Below are positions 9,237 to 19,479 of a stretch of DNA of 64,000 nucleotides, one piece after another. The notes beneath the pieces were generated by a model. That model was not told the DNA's origin. It made no database searches and saw only the letters and a program-made list of their open reading frames with translations. The DNA is from a virus. A program made the translations under genes and the position numbers. The stretch lies in IMG/VR virus record IMGVR_UViG_3300040811_000439, positions 1 to 64,000 of that record. One strand, 5' to 3'. The first letter of the stretch is position 1. Each line of letters opens with the position of its first letter.

Positions 9237-10575
9237 CCTAATTTACAAGAATGAAGTTCTGGACAAACTTAGTCCGACCTTTTGTGGTGCTAAATGGTAT
9301 AATGCTACTATTTGGTTAGGATCTGGCATGACTACCAGTTGCCATCATCCATTGCCGCACAAAGTAGATCCTGTTGCTGTCGAATCAAATCCAAAACTAT
9401 TACACAATACTCCAGAGAAAAAAGAACAAAGACGACTGATGCAGTGTGGAAAGCGTCCGGCGGGATGTGAGTATTGTTGGAAAATTGAAGATATGGGCCC
9501 TAATTTTATAAGTGATCGTATATATAAGAGTAATATATACACACAGGACGAATTAAATGCCGCCAGAACTAGCCCGCATGATAGAGACGTCAATCTCCGT
9601 ACACTCGAAATTGCCTTTGATCGCACTTGTAATTTCGCTTGCAGTTATTGTAATCCTGCTTTTAGCAGCACATGGGTAAAGGATTTAAAAACAAATGGGA
9701 GTTATCAAGGCCTTGTTAGTGATGGCCGCAACCACTTTACTCACGTTCATAGTAGTAGCCAGCTTTATGGGGTGGAGGATAGAAATCCTTACGTAGAAGC
9801 ATTTTTTAAATGGTGGGAAACTGACCTCCACAGTACACTACGTGAACTACGAGTAACCGGCGGTGAGCCAACAATGAGCGCAGACTTATGGCGTTTGATA
9901 GATTGGTTCAAAGCAAACGCAGACAAAAGCCAGACTAAACTTGCTATTAATAGTAACTTGGGTGGTAAGCCGGAGTTTATAGACAGACTAATAGAGGCAC
10001 GTAGTTATTTGCCTAGTTTAGATGTTTACACTAGTTGTGAAGCGATAGGTGCACCTGCAGAATATATTAGAGACGGATTAGATTGGAACTACTGGTGGGA
10101 GAATATTTGCAAATTAAGCGAAGCAGGTGTAGGCACACATTGTATGATGACTATTAATGCACTGTGCCTAGAAACACTACCAGATCTTATTGAAAAAATA
10201 TTACAAGCAAGAAAACTGTTAGGAAACGAATTTGCTGTATTCAGTTTAAATATATTACGCTTTCCAAGTTTTCAATCAGCACTAGTACTTCCTTTAGACA
10301 TACGTAATCGTTATGCTGATAGATTGGAAGAACTATACAAAAGTTGGGCACCCAAGTACCTTAACCGCAGCACGCCAATGCATCAGTTTGAACAAGGACA
10401 GTTGGAACGACTTGTAACTTATTTGCGTACAGTAGAAACACCACACAGTGAAGCGTTTGAAATGCCCAAACTACACAACGACTTTAAAAAGTTTTATAGT
10501 CAGTATGATGTGCGTAGGAATAAAAACTTTACTGAGACTTTCCCAGAATTAGCTGAATGGTATAACAGTCTATGA
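9229..10575 (+). CDS. Radical SAM protein with N-terminal Twitch/SPASM-like cluster (2 of 5)
   Basis: CNFACSYC, TGGEPT; FCGAKW..SCHHP..CEYC. Confidence 0.9.
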   Translation: MDDLIYKNEVLDKLSPTFCGAKWYNATIWLGSGMTTSCHHPLPHKVDPVAVESNPKLLHNTPEKKEQRRLMQCGKRPAGCEYCWKIEDMGPNFISDRIYKSNIYTQDELNAARTSPHDRDVNLRTLEIAFDRTCNFACSYCNPAFSSTWVKDLKTNGSYQGLVSDGRNHFTHVHSSSQLYGVEDRNPYVEAFFKWWETDLHSTLRELRVTGGEPTMSADLWRLIDWFKANADKSQTKLAINSNLGGKPEFIDRLIEARSYLPSLDVYTSCEAIGAPAEYIRDGLDWNYWWENICKLSEAGVGTHCMMTINALCLETLPDLIEKILQARKLLGNEFAVFSLNILRFPSFQSALVLPLDIRNRYADRLEELYKSWAPKYLNRSTPMHQFEQGQLERLVTYLRTVETPHSEAFEMPKLHNDFKKFYSQYDVRRNKNFTETFPELAEWYNSL

Positions 10576-11885
10576 CAGACAAATTAGAAAATTATTATAA
10601 AAACTACGATTATCATACACGTAAACCTGTGTACATTGATGTAGAAGATCTTACAGACGTGCAGCGTGACAGACTGTTAACCAGTGAATCATTTTGTATA
10701 CTGCCATGGATTCACTTGCATGCGTTTCCAGATGGCCGTGCCTATCCTTGTTGCTTGGGACTAATGGAACATCCAGTTGGTAACCTGCGTGAACAAACAA
10801 TGGCTGAAGTATGGAACGACGACCCATTACGTGAAATGCGTCGTAACATGTTAGCAGATAAACCTTGCAAACAGTGTACCAAATGTTATGAACAGGAAGC
10901 AGCAGGCTTTGTTAGCATGCGCTATAGTCAAAACAAAAATGAAGGTCATCACATTGCGGTTGTAGATGAAACACTAGATGACGGAACACTAGATCGTTTT
11001 GAACTCAAGTACTATGACATACGCTTCAGTAATTTATGTAACCTAGCTTGTCGTACATGCGGTGATATTTTTAGCAGCAACTGGGTAAAAGAAGCAAAGA
11101 AGATGAGCTGGCTACCACAGGATCATCCTAACGTACAGTATGCAGGACGTTACGAAATGGATATGTGGGAACAGTTAGAACCACACATAGACAGCATAGA
11201 AAACATTTACTTTGCAGGTGGTGAACCACTAATGATGGCAGAGCATTACAATCTACTTCGTGAACTACTACGCAGAGGCCGCACAGATGTTAGACTGAAC
11301 TACAACACAAACTTTACAGAGCTAGTATTCAAACAGCAGGATGTGCTGGACATGTGGAATGAGTTTGACATTGTAAGCATTGGGGCAAGTTTGGATGCAA
11401 ACTATGCACGTGGCGAGCTCATGCGTAAAGGTACAGAGTGGAGTAAGATTGTAGCAAACAGAGAACGTATGCTAGAGAAGTGTCCTACTGTAGATTTTTA
11501 TGTAAGTTCAACACTAAGCCTGATGAACAGTTATAATATTGTGGACTTCCATAGAGAATGGGTAGAGCTAGGACTAGTCAAACCCAGTGATTGGAATGTA
11601 AACATACTACAAGACCCAGTGCGTTTTCGTTTGGATGTACTACCCAATGACATGAAGGCTGAACTAGTAGATATATACAATGAACATATTGCATGGCTTG
11701 AACCACAGGATCATTTAACAAGAGCAACAAATGGATTTAAGAGTGCAGTAAAGTATATGCAAACAAATGATAACAGCAAGCTCATTCCAGAGTTTGTTAT
11801 GCGGGCTAAGGAACTTGATCGTTGGCGCAATGAAAGTTTCTTCAGCGTATTCCCTGAACTTGAAAGATTACAAGACTATGCATAA
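10572..11885 (+). CDS. Radical SAM protein with N-terminal Twitch/SPASM domain (3 of 5)
   Basis: CNLACRTC, AGGEPL; FCILPW..PCC..CTKC. Confidence 0.9.
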   Translation: MTDKLENYYKNYDYHTRKPVYIDVEDLTDVQRDRLLTSESFCILPWIHLHAFPDGRAYPCCLGLMEHPVGNLREQTMAEVWNDDPLREMRRNMLADKPCKQCTKCYEQEAAGFVSMRYSQNKNEGHHIAVVDETLDDGTLDRFELKYYDIRFSNLCNLACRTCGDIFSSNWVKEAKKMSWLPQDHPNVQYAGRYEMDMWEQLEPHIDSIENIYFAGGEPLMMAEHYNLLRELLRRGRTDVRLNYNTNFTELVFKQQDVLDMWNEFDIVSIGASLDANYARGELMRKGTEWSKIVANRERMLEKCPTVDFYVSSTLSLMNSYNIVDFHREWVELGLVKPSDWNVNILQDPVRFRLDVLPNDMKAELVDIYNEHIAWLEPQDHLTRATNGFKSAVKYMQTNDNSKLIPEFVMRAKELDRWRNESFFSVFPELERLQDYA

Positions 11886-13020
11886 ATGTATACTGCCATG
11901 GATTAGTTTGGAAACAACACCACTAGGCGGTGTTCGTCCCTGTTGTTTGTACAAAGGCGAACTACCAGGAATAAACTTGCGTACACATACTTTAGAAGAA
12001 GCATTTAACAGCAGTGCAATGCAAGAGTTGCGAGAAACATTTGAACAAGATAAACAGCCTGAACAGTGTGAACGCTGTTGGATTGAAGAAAAGGCTGGTA
12101 AAAAGTCTAAGCGTGAATACATGTTGGAAAAGTTTAAGCACGTACCTTTTGAACCCAACTTAATATTCCTTGATCTTAAACTAGGCAACATCTGTAATCT
12201 TAAATGTCGCATATGCGGTAGTTGGAGCTCAAGCAAATGGGCACAAGAACAAATTGCACAGTTTGGAGACAAGCACATTGCCAAGCAGTGGTTACAAGAA
12301 GGACAGTGGCCAAGACGCAGTAAAGGCTTTTGGGATAATCTAGATAGCTTGTTACCTAATCTAAAGTATTTTGAGTTTACTGGCGGCGAACCATTTCTTA
12401 TTAAACAGCATTTTGATTTATTACAACGTGCAGTGGATCAAGGTTATGCAGGTGAGATTGACATCCACTATAACACAAATGGCACACAGTTCCCCAAACA
12501 GCATGAAGTATGGAAGCACTTTAAACATGTACAGATTGCATTTAGCATAGACAATACCGGCAAACGTTTTGAGTATGAACGTGATGGCGCAAAGTGGCGT
12601 ACAGTAAATCGTAACATCAAACGTTTTATTGAAATGAAGGAACAAGGCTATCCATTTAGTTTGCAGTTGTGTATTACTTGGAATCTGCAGAACACTTATT
12701 ACATGACTGAGATACTTAACTGGGCAAAGCAGAGTGGAATAGATGACATACACTTTAATCTAATGCATGATCCCGAGGAGTATAGTTTACTCAATCTACC
12801 TCGCGATGCACATGCAGAGTTTATGCATAGACTAGACAAGGCAATAGTTATGCACAGTGACTATGCAGATCAGATCCGTAGTATTAAAGCAATTACACTT
12901 TCTCAGCCTGTAATTGATCCAGAGAAGATATTTGCAAAAATACGTGAGACAGATAAGTTTAGAGGCGTAAGTTTTGCAGACACACATCCAGAAGTTGCGA
13001 GATTAATAGGTTATGAATAA
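11878..13020 (+). CDS. Radical SAM protein with N-terminal Twitch/SPASM domain (4 of 5)
   Basis: CNLKCRIC, TGGEPF; CILPW..PCC..CERC; start moved to ATG 11878, which overlaps the upstream stop. Confidence 0.9.
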   Translation: MHKCILPWISLETTPLGGVRPCCLYKGELPGINLRTHTLEEAFNSSAMQELRETFEQDKQPEQCERCWIEEKAGKKSKREYMLEKFKHVPFEPNLIFLDLKLGNICNLKCRICGSWSSSKWAQEQIAQFGDKHIAKQWLQEGQWPRRSKGFWDNLDSLLPNLKYFEFTGGEPFLIKQHFDLLQRAVDQGYAGEIDIHYNTNGTQFPKQHEVWKHFKHVQIAFSIDNTGKRFEYERDGAKWRTVNRNIKRFIEMKEQGYPFSLQLCITWNLQNTYYMTEILNWAKQSGIDDIHFNLMHDPEEYSLLNLPRDAHAEFMHRLDKAIVMHSDYADQIRSIKAITLSQPVIDPEKIFAKIRETDKFRGVSFADTHPEVARLIGYE

Positions 13021-13501
13021 ATTAGCATTTGGGTGTAGCCATACGTTTGGCGTGGGCAATAATCCTGAAGATGCTTGGCCCGTACTACTGGGTGCAATTA
13101 ACTATGGAGTACCAGGAAGTAGCACAGATTTGATAGCACGTATATGTGAAGAAAAAATCCAAGAATATCAGGCAAACATAGTTTATGCATTTTGGCCAGA
13201 CTGGACACGATTTGAATTTAACGGCAAGCAGATTCTACCTAATATCTATCCAGAACTATATAGAGATCGTAACGACGAATGGTTAAAACAAAATAGAGAA
13301 AATAAAATAATAGAAATAGAAACTATTTGTGCTAGTAATAATTGTTTGTTAGTCGGATTATACATGGAAGATCTATTTGGCATTATAGATCACAGTGACA
13401 AGTGGCCAAAGGCTAATGATAATAGCCACTTTGGTCCACAGTGGCATATATGGCTAGCAGATTTATTTCGTATAAGAGAAAGTTTTTTAAGGTATGCATA
13501 A
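13013..13501 (+). CDS. SGNH/GDSL-like protein
   Basis: FGCSHTFG, NYGVPGSS and D..HFG blocks. Confidence 0.55.
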   Translation: MNKLAFGCSHTFGVGNNPEDAWPVLLGAINYGVPGSSTDLIARICEEKIQEYQANIVYAFWPDWTRFEFNGKQILPNIYPELYRDRNDEWLKQNRENKIIEIETICASNNCLLVGLYMEDLFGIIDHSDKWPKANDNSHFGPQWHIWLADLFRIRESFLRYA

Positions 13502-14792
13502 GCCCGATAATCTCTGTATGGCGCCTTGGACTCATACATACCTAAGTCCACAGACAGAGCGTAGGTTATGTTGTGCTAGCAGAGAACCTGCACAAAACTT
13601 TCGACAGTACATTGACACTAGTGATGGCACTAATGAATATGTGCCACAAACACTAGAAGAATGGTGGAATGGCGAACATATTCGCAGAGTACGCCGTCAA
13701 ATGCTAGCAGGCGAACTACCGCTAGAATGTGAAGTTTGTGACAAGAAGTTACTTAACACAGATGTTTACCGTGATTACTTTTGGCATTTATTCAAACACA
13801 AGTATGATGACATAGCACAAACAACAGATGACACAGGCTATACTAGTATGCAGCCTGTTAGTTGGGACTATCGTTTTACTAACCTCTGTAACTTTAAATG
13901 CCGTATGTGCGGACCCATGCTGAGTAGTTCGTGGGAAGCAGAAGCACGTATGGATGGTAAAATAGAACCCTGGATGGAAACATCTGTTAAGCAAGCAATA
14001 GACCAGTTTCAAAAGGATACGGTTGAACAGGAGTTTGCTCGCGCAGTAGAAGAACACCGTGTTGAGGAAATATACTGGGTAGGTGGCGAGCCACTTATGT
14101 ATGAACAGCACTGGCGTTACATGCAACGTATTATTGAACTTGGAGATGGTCCACGTATATACGCTAGATACAATACCAACCTTAGCCGTATTGAGTTAGG
14201 TGGTTGCAACCTTTATACTGACATACTTGCGAAGGTAAGAGACTGGCAAATCTGTGCTAGCCTTGACGGTGTTGGTGAGGTTGGAGAGTACATACGTACT
14301 GGATTAAACTATAACAAGTTTATAGAAAACTTCAAGCAAGGTTTAGAACATAGCAAGCATCGCAGACAAATGCGACTGGACTTTACACTAACTACCCCGG
14401 GCCTAGGCCAAATTCTAAAAATACAAGAGCTAGCCAATGAGTTAGATGTGGATCTATTAGTAAAGGTGTGTTTTGCGTTTACGCCAGATATAGCGATGTC
14501 TCCTTTGTTCTTGCCCAAGCAAGAGCTTCATGCTATAATAAATCGTGTACTTCCTCTAACCAATGGGGCAATGCATGATGTGTTGGTAAACTTACTCAAT
14601 CGGCCTACGTTTGCTGAAGAGTATCCCGACACATATCAAGAGGCTAGACGAAAAGCCAAAAAACGAATGGACCTATACGACAGTCGTAGGAGTGGTTTAA
14701 AGTTTATAGATACCTTAAGAATTGGCAATGATCCTTGGGTGTATGGTAAACTAAAGCAATGGTGGGCAAGTATTGATACGAGTAGTTCTTAA
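13494..14792 (+). CDS. Radical SAM protein with N-terminal Twitch/SPASM domain (5 of 5)
   Basis: CNFKCRMC, VGGEPL; CMAPW..LCC..CEVC. Confidence 0.9.
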   Translation: MHKPDNLCMAPWTHTYLSPQTERRLCCASREPAQNFRQYIDTSDGTNEYVPQTLEEWWNGEHIRRVRRQMLAGELPLECEVCDKKLLNTDVYRDYFWHLFKHKYDDIAQTTDDTGYTSMQPVSWDYRFTNLCNFKCRMCGPMLSSSWEAEARMDGKIEPWMETSVKQAIDQFQKDTVEQEFARAVEEHRVEEIYWVGGEPLMYEQHWRYMQRIIELGDGPRIYARYNTNLSRIELGGCNLYTDILAKVRDWQICASLDGVGEVGEYIRTGLNYNKFIENFKQGLEHSKHRRQMRLDFTLTTPGLGQILKIQELANELDVDLLVKVCFAFTPDIAMSPLFLPKQELHAIINRVLPLTNGAMHDVLVNLLNRPTFAEEYPDTYQEARRKAKKRMDLYDSRRSGLKFIDTLRIGNDPWVYGKLKQWWASIDTSSS

Positions 14793-15843
14793 AAGTCCTT
14801 ACAAAGGTAGCGGTGAGTTAGACTACACAATAACTCCCCACGATATTCCCATGGCTCGTGCATGGAAGTCTGCTCTAGTAGATATTCTCGAGCGTGGGCT
14901 ACACTTAGAAAAAAACTTTTGCTTTATGGGTTTTCCCAAGCAGGCACGTGGACTAGACGATATGATTGGTGAATTAATCAAGCATGTAGATCGTATAAAT
15001 GCTAGCGAATTAGATTATTCTATGAGTGAAGAATATACGTCAGAGAGTGTATGGTGGCATGTAGACAAATACGATTTTGAACGTGATCTAGAATATATCA
15101 AGCACGATACATTTAATACGTTACACAATCATTTCGAAGTATTACAAGGCACAGTGGAAAATTTAAGTGATTATTATTATCGTGCAGATCCATATGTAAA
15201 GTACAGTATTAGGCAGTTGAACAATCTGTGTCACGAAATGGAATCATATATTCTTAGTCGTGTAAAGCATAAACGTAATCCCTACTGGACACGCCCTAGT
15301 CAAATTACTACATTCCTAAACGCTCCACGTCTACACCTAGAAGATGAATATCGGGCAGGGTTTGCGACTAACGGATATGATCGTGTGTTTGGTGGTGTAT
15401 ACATGCATTGGTGTCAAATAGGTAAGACATACTTTGAAGTGTTTAGAGACGAAGGTGCACCTAAACTTACTGACACCGTATGCGAAGCAATTACAGATTT
15501 AAAATATTACAGTGGAGAGTTTGATATTGAATGGGGTCGTGACGTTGTTCGAGGCGGCGATCAACCCTGGCATGATAAACAGATGGATGAGTATTATGCT
15601 TGGCTTATGGACAATGATAAGGATATTACCGATCCAAACCTTAGTTTAGGATATTTGCCTCTGGGCCAAGTGGATGTGCTAAGTAGTTTTGGAACGACTG
15701 ACCCAGAGCAGATTTGGGACATGATGAGTCCTCTCCTAAACATACATATTATTGAAGTAGATGGTGTTCCCTACTACTTTGATTATACTGTAGACGATAA
15801 AGACTATGAAAATGTGCAGATGCAAGCACTAGGATTATTATAA
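14773..15843 (+). CDS. Hypothetical protein
   Basis: 356-aa coupled ORF; His-containing motifs (LHNHFE, CHEME) but no family recognised. Confidence 0.6.
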   Translation: MIRVVLKSPYKGSGELDYTITPHDIPMARAWKSALVDILERGLHLEKNFCFMGFPKQARGLDDMIGELIKHVDRINASELDYSMSEEYTSESVWWHVDKYDFERDLEYIKHDTFNTLHNHFEVLQGTVENLSDYYYRADPYVKYSIRQLNNLCHEMESYILSRVKHKRNPYWTRPSQITTFLNAPRLHLEDEYRAGFATNGYDRVFGGVYMHWCQIGKTYFEVFRDEGAPKLTDTVCEAITDLKYYSGEFDIEWGRDVVRGGDQPWHDKQMDEYYAWLMDNDKDITDPNLSLGYLPLGQVDVLSSFGTTDPEQIWDMMSPLLNIHIIEVDGVPYYFDYTVDDKDYENVQMQALGLL

Positions 15844-15944
15844 TGAAATGGATTCGCAACCTTATTAATAGAATTAAACTTGAGATACAGTATCGCAAGC
15901 GACTAAAAGAACTACGTAAAAGAGATCCTTTTATTTACAAATGA
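15843..15944 (+). CDS. 33-aa basic peptide (MKWIRNLINRIKLEIQYRKRLKELRKRDPFIYK), missing from the ORF track
   Basis: Fills the gap exactly: TAATG overlap upstream, ATGA overlap with the carbamoyltransferase. Confidence 0.7.
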   Translation: MKWIRNLINRIKLEIQYRKRLKELRKRDPFIYK

Positions 15945-17467
15945 AAATTAAAACATACATGGGTGTGAGCGCCGGCTTTCACGATGCTGGTGTGAGTGTT
16001 GTAGACGGTAACGGCAATATATTATTTGCTGGTCATAGCGAACGCTATAGCAAAGTAAAAAATGATAGTACACTAAATGAAGGCATTATGAATGAGGCAC
16101 TCAGCTACGGAATGCCTGATGTAGTAGCCTGGTACGAACGCCCGTGGCTTAAAAAGACACGGCAGATTTATAGTGGCGAATGGCGAAAGGCGTTGAACGA
16201 TAAAAGTCCTAGAGCGCATCTATCTCCGTATTTCGACGATATATTGCCAACATCTGTTAACATGGACAGTCGGCCTACTAGAAGTATTAGTACATACAGT
16301 CATCACTTGAGTCATGCAGCCGCAGGATTTCAAACCAGCCCTTTCGAAGAAGCAATGGTTGTTGTTATAGATGCCATAGGAGAATGGGATACGATTACAG
16401 CATGGCGAGCTTGGTACGACGACGATGGTCATGCACAATACCAGAGGATATATAGACAGTTATATCCTCATAGTTTAGGTTTGTTTTACAGTGCTATGAC
16501 ACATCGTATTGGTCTCAAGCCTATGGAAGAAGAGTATATTCTAATGGGTATGGCTGCATACGGTAAAAAAGATGCATATCGTGACGTATGGGAAATGGCT
16601 ATTGATAAGGATCACAAACAAAAATTTAAACGAAACTTTCATACAGGCATAGAATACGAGTTTGGTGCTGAATATGGCAAAGAGACTCTTGCTCGTGCAA
16701 CTCAGTTAACCACAGAACGTTTTTTAGGAACTTTTATGCGACAACTTGCAGGCACACGTTGGGGTTTACACTTACAAAATTGTGTGTTCATGGGTGGAGT
16801 TGCTCTTAATTGTGTGGCAAACAGTCACATCAGAGATATATGGAATGATATGTGGATTATGCCTAATCCAGGAGACTGTGGTTCAAGTCTAGGCGCAGCC
16901 GCGCTAGCATATGGTAAACAGTTAAACTGGCAAGGGCCGTATTTAGGCACAAACATTCCTGGAGAATATCCAAGTGAAGAGATTATTGGTGAGCTACAGC
17001 GTGAAGGCATAGTAGGAGTTGCAAGTGGTCGTGCAGAGTTCGGACCACGTGCGCTAGGTAATCGTAGTTTACTTGCAGATCCTAGAGGCGAAGATATAAA
17101 GGATAGAGTTAACGAAATCAAACGCAGGCAAAAGTTTAGACCTTTTGCTCCTATGATACTCGAGGAGCATGCACAGGATTATTTTGTTATGGATGGGGAC
17201 AAAAGTCCATACATGCAACATACATATCACTGTAAACATCCGGATCTGTTTCCCGCTATTGTGCATTATGACGGTACAAGCCGTGTGCAAACCGTGGGCA
17301 AGGATGATAAGACGGGTGCTAGAGATTTATTAGAGAAATGGTATGTGCTAACAGACTGTCCTATGCTGTTAAATACCAGTCTTAATATCCGCGGCGAACC
17401 CATGGTAAATGATCGTACTGATGCAGATCGTTTTGAAAAGAAATATGGAGTAAGAGTATGTTCCTAG
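15941..17467 (+). CDS. Carbamoyltransferase (NodU/CmcH family)
   Basis: HDA..., HHLSHAA, IDAIGE, GGVALNC, EFGPRALGNRS, FRPFAP, DGTSRVQTV, LLNTSLN. Confidence 0.92.
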   Translation: MKIKTYMGVSAGFHDAGVSVVDGNGNILFAGHSERYSKVKNDSTLNEGIMNEALSYGMPDVVAWYERPWLKKTRQIYSGEWRKALNDKSPRAHLSPYFDDILPTSVNMDSRPTRSISTYSHHLSHAAAGFQTSPFEEAMVVVIDAIGEWDTITAWRAWYDDDGHAQYQRIYRQLYPHSLGLFYSAMTHRIGLKPMEEEYILMGMAAYGKKDAYRDVWEMAIDKDHKQKFKRNFHTGIEYEFGAEYGKETLARATQLTTERFLGTFMRQLAGTRWGLHLQNCVFMGGVALNCVANSHIRDIWNDMWIMPNPGDCGSSLGAAALAYGKQLNWQGPYLGTNIPGEYPSEEIIGELQREGIVGVASGRAEFGPRALGNRSLLADPRGEDIKDRVNEIKRRQKFRPFAPMILEEHAQDYFVMDGDKSPYMQHTYHCKHPDLFPAIVHYDGTSRVQTVGKDDKTGARDLLEKWYVLTDCPMLLNTSLNIRGEPMVNDRTDADRFEKKYGVRVCS

Positions 17468-17805
17468 CACATATGAAAAAATGGATCGGTGCATACCTAC
17501 TAGCACTACTAGTTCTAATGATTGTAATAGATGATCCTAATGATGATTATCCACAGTGGGTATGGTGGTTAATAGTTCCTGTAGTACTATGGAAAGTTCC
17601 TCCCTTTAGTGTAGGTGATTGGTTCTGGGGCAAGGTAACCAATATATTGGCATGGATATTACGTCCATTTACACGCTGGCAAGCAACATGGCCACGTTGG
17701 GTGCAATGGGTTTTTGGTATTGTTTTAATCGTACTGTTTGAAGAGTTCGTCTTACGTCCTCTTGGATATACAATGTATCCATGGAGAATGGATCTAGGAC
17801 TGTGA
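17458..17805 (+). CDS. Small Trp-rich membrane protein
   Basis: Several hydrophobic segments; PQWVWW/PRWVQW internal repeat. Confidence 0.55.
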   Translation: MFLAHMKKWIGAYLLALLVLMIVIDDPNDDYPQWVWWLIVPVVLWKVPPFSVGDWFWGKVTNILAWILRPFTRWQATWPRWVQWVFGIVLIVLFEEFVLRPLGYTMYPWRMDLGL

Positions 17806-18245
17806 AAGACAAGCACAAACTAGCACACATGAAGGCAGCGTTTGCATACGCTGAATGTAGCACTGCGGTTAGACTACAAGTTGGCTGTGTAATTGTAAAA
17901 GACAATCGTGTGATTAGCATTGGATATAATGGAATGCCCAGCGGCTGGACCAACGAATGTGAGACCCAATTTATGACAGGCAACGGTACTGCGGATCATG
18001 TTGAGTTGATTACCAAACCAGAAGTACTTCACGCAGAGTCTAATGCTATCGCGAAACTTGCTCGCTGTAGTGAGAGTGGTGAAGGTGCCACTGCATTTAT
18101 TACACATCAACCTTGTATGGAGTGTGCTAAACTTCTATACCAAAGCGGTATTAAACAAGTGTATTACGTTCATCCCTATAGATTAGACGCTGGACTAAAG
18201 TTCCTGCAGGAATGTAACATACCCGTTGAACAAATAGATGTTTGA
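17802..18245 (+). CDS. dCMP deaminase
   Basis: SIGYNG, HAESNA, PCMECAK Zn motifs; GTG 17802 preferred (GTGA overlap), ATG 17781 is the alternative. Confidence 0.9.
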   Translation: MKDKHKLAHMKAAFAYAECSTAVRLQVGCVIVKDNRVISIGYNGMPSGWTNECETQFMTGNGTADHVELITKPEVLHAESNAIAKLARCSESGEGATAFITHQPCMECAKLLYQSGIKQVYYVHPYRLDAGLKFLQECNIPVEQIDV

Positions 18246-19479
18246 TATCTTCTGCATGCAGATCACAGGCAACACTGTTGACCTGCCTGCTCATACACAA
18301 TACACTCGTTGGAACGGTACACACTTAGATACAATACGTAGGTGTGTTAACCGTGCTCGTACAGAGTATGTTTGGATTGTAGCAGACTGTTGCAATTATG
18401 CAACATTTGATTTTACATGGCAACCTGTACCCTGGGAAGCAGATCAAATACACTGTTGGGCAAGCGGTAACCAACAGTTTGGCGATACTTTCCTGGTGCC
18501 TGTAGCTGCTTTTAAGCGTCAGCAAGAGGGCCTTAAACTACTAGAGTGGTACGAGCATATCAACTGGCATACAGAGCCCTATATACAGCGTTATGAGTGG
18601 CCCACAGTTGATAGTTTGGATAAACAAACAAGCCTATATGCTTGGCATAATCAAACCCCCGCAGACATTGACTATGAGCCTAGTTTATGGAAAAAACGTG
18701 ATCTACACGCCTTTACACAAAGTGGTAGCGTACTACTAGTGCCTAGAGACTGTAAACAGCATTTTAAGGACCAATTCTACGACTACCCATACATATTGCG
18801 TCATAATGACTACAATGTAGAAGAAAAACCGCTAGATGTAGTATACTTGAGCAATGGTGAAAAAAACGCCGATAAAAACTGGTTTCTGCTCAAGTGTATG
18901 TGCCCTAGAGCAAAGCGCATAGACGGCGTGACAGGCAGAGCGCAAGCATACAAAGCCTGTGCAGAAGTCAGTGAGACGCCCTGGTTTTTTAATGTGTTTG
19001 CCAAGTGTCGTGTAGAACCGGACTTTGATTTTAATTGGCAACCAGACTGGCTACAAGGACCCAAGCACTGGATATTCCACAGCCGCAATCCTGTTAACGG
19101 ATTAGAGTATGGACATATGGGTATTATTGCATACCACAAGCAAATGGTGTTAGATGCTACAGAATGGGGTCTGGATTTTACACTAAGTGCTAGACACGGA
19201 GTTGTTCCTGTAGTAGGAAGCACTGCTGACTTTAACACCACACCATATGAAACTTGGCGTACAGCGTTTCGTGAGTGTGTTAAACTTACTCAACAGTCGG
19301 ACATTGAGAGTCGTTATAGACTAGAGCAATGGAGCACAGTTGGTAATGGTGAGAATGGTGAGTGGAGTGTACGAGGTGCTGAGGATGCTGTCAAGTATGT
19401 TGAAGATGGAAATGATCTACAGCAAACCTTCGAGTGGGCTTTCCTCAAAGAATTCTTTGACAGCCACTACAACAGCTAA
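18238..19479 (+). CDS. Two-domain glycosyltransferase-like protein
   Basis: C-terminal half aligns by eye with 6949..7875 (YLSNGE, KRIDGV, NPVNGLEYG, WRTAFRECVKL). Confidence 0.6.
   Translation: MFDIFCMQITGNTVDLPAHTQYTRWNGTHLDTIRRCVNRARTEYVWIVADCCNYATFDFTWQPVPWEADQIHCWASGNQQFGDTFLVPVAAFKRQQEGLKLLEWYEHINWHTEPYIQRYEWPTVDSLDKQTSLYAWHNQTPADIDYEPSLWKKRDLHAFTQSGSVLLVPRDCKQHFKDQFYDYPYILRHNDYNVEEKPLDVVYLSNGEKNADKNWFLLKCMCPRAKRIDGVTGRAQAYKACAEVSETPWFFNVFAKCRVEPDFDFNWQPDWLQGPKHWIFHSRNPVNGLEYGHMGIIAYHKQMVLDATEWGLDFTLSARHGVVPVVGSTADFNTTPYETWRTAFRECVKLTQQSDIESRYRLEQWSTVGNGENGEWSVRGAEDAVKYVEDGNDLQQTFEWAFLKEFFDSHYNS

Noticed and set aside
11767-11877. N-terminal extension of the fourth radical SAM ORF
   Set aside because: It lies inside the previous gene; paralogs begin just before the CxxPW motif, matching ATG 11878.
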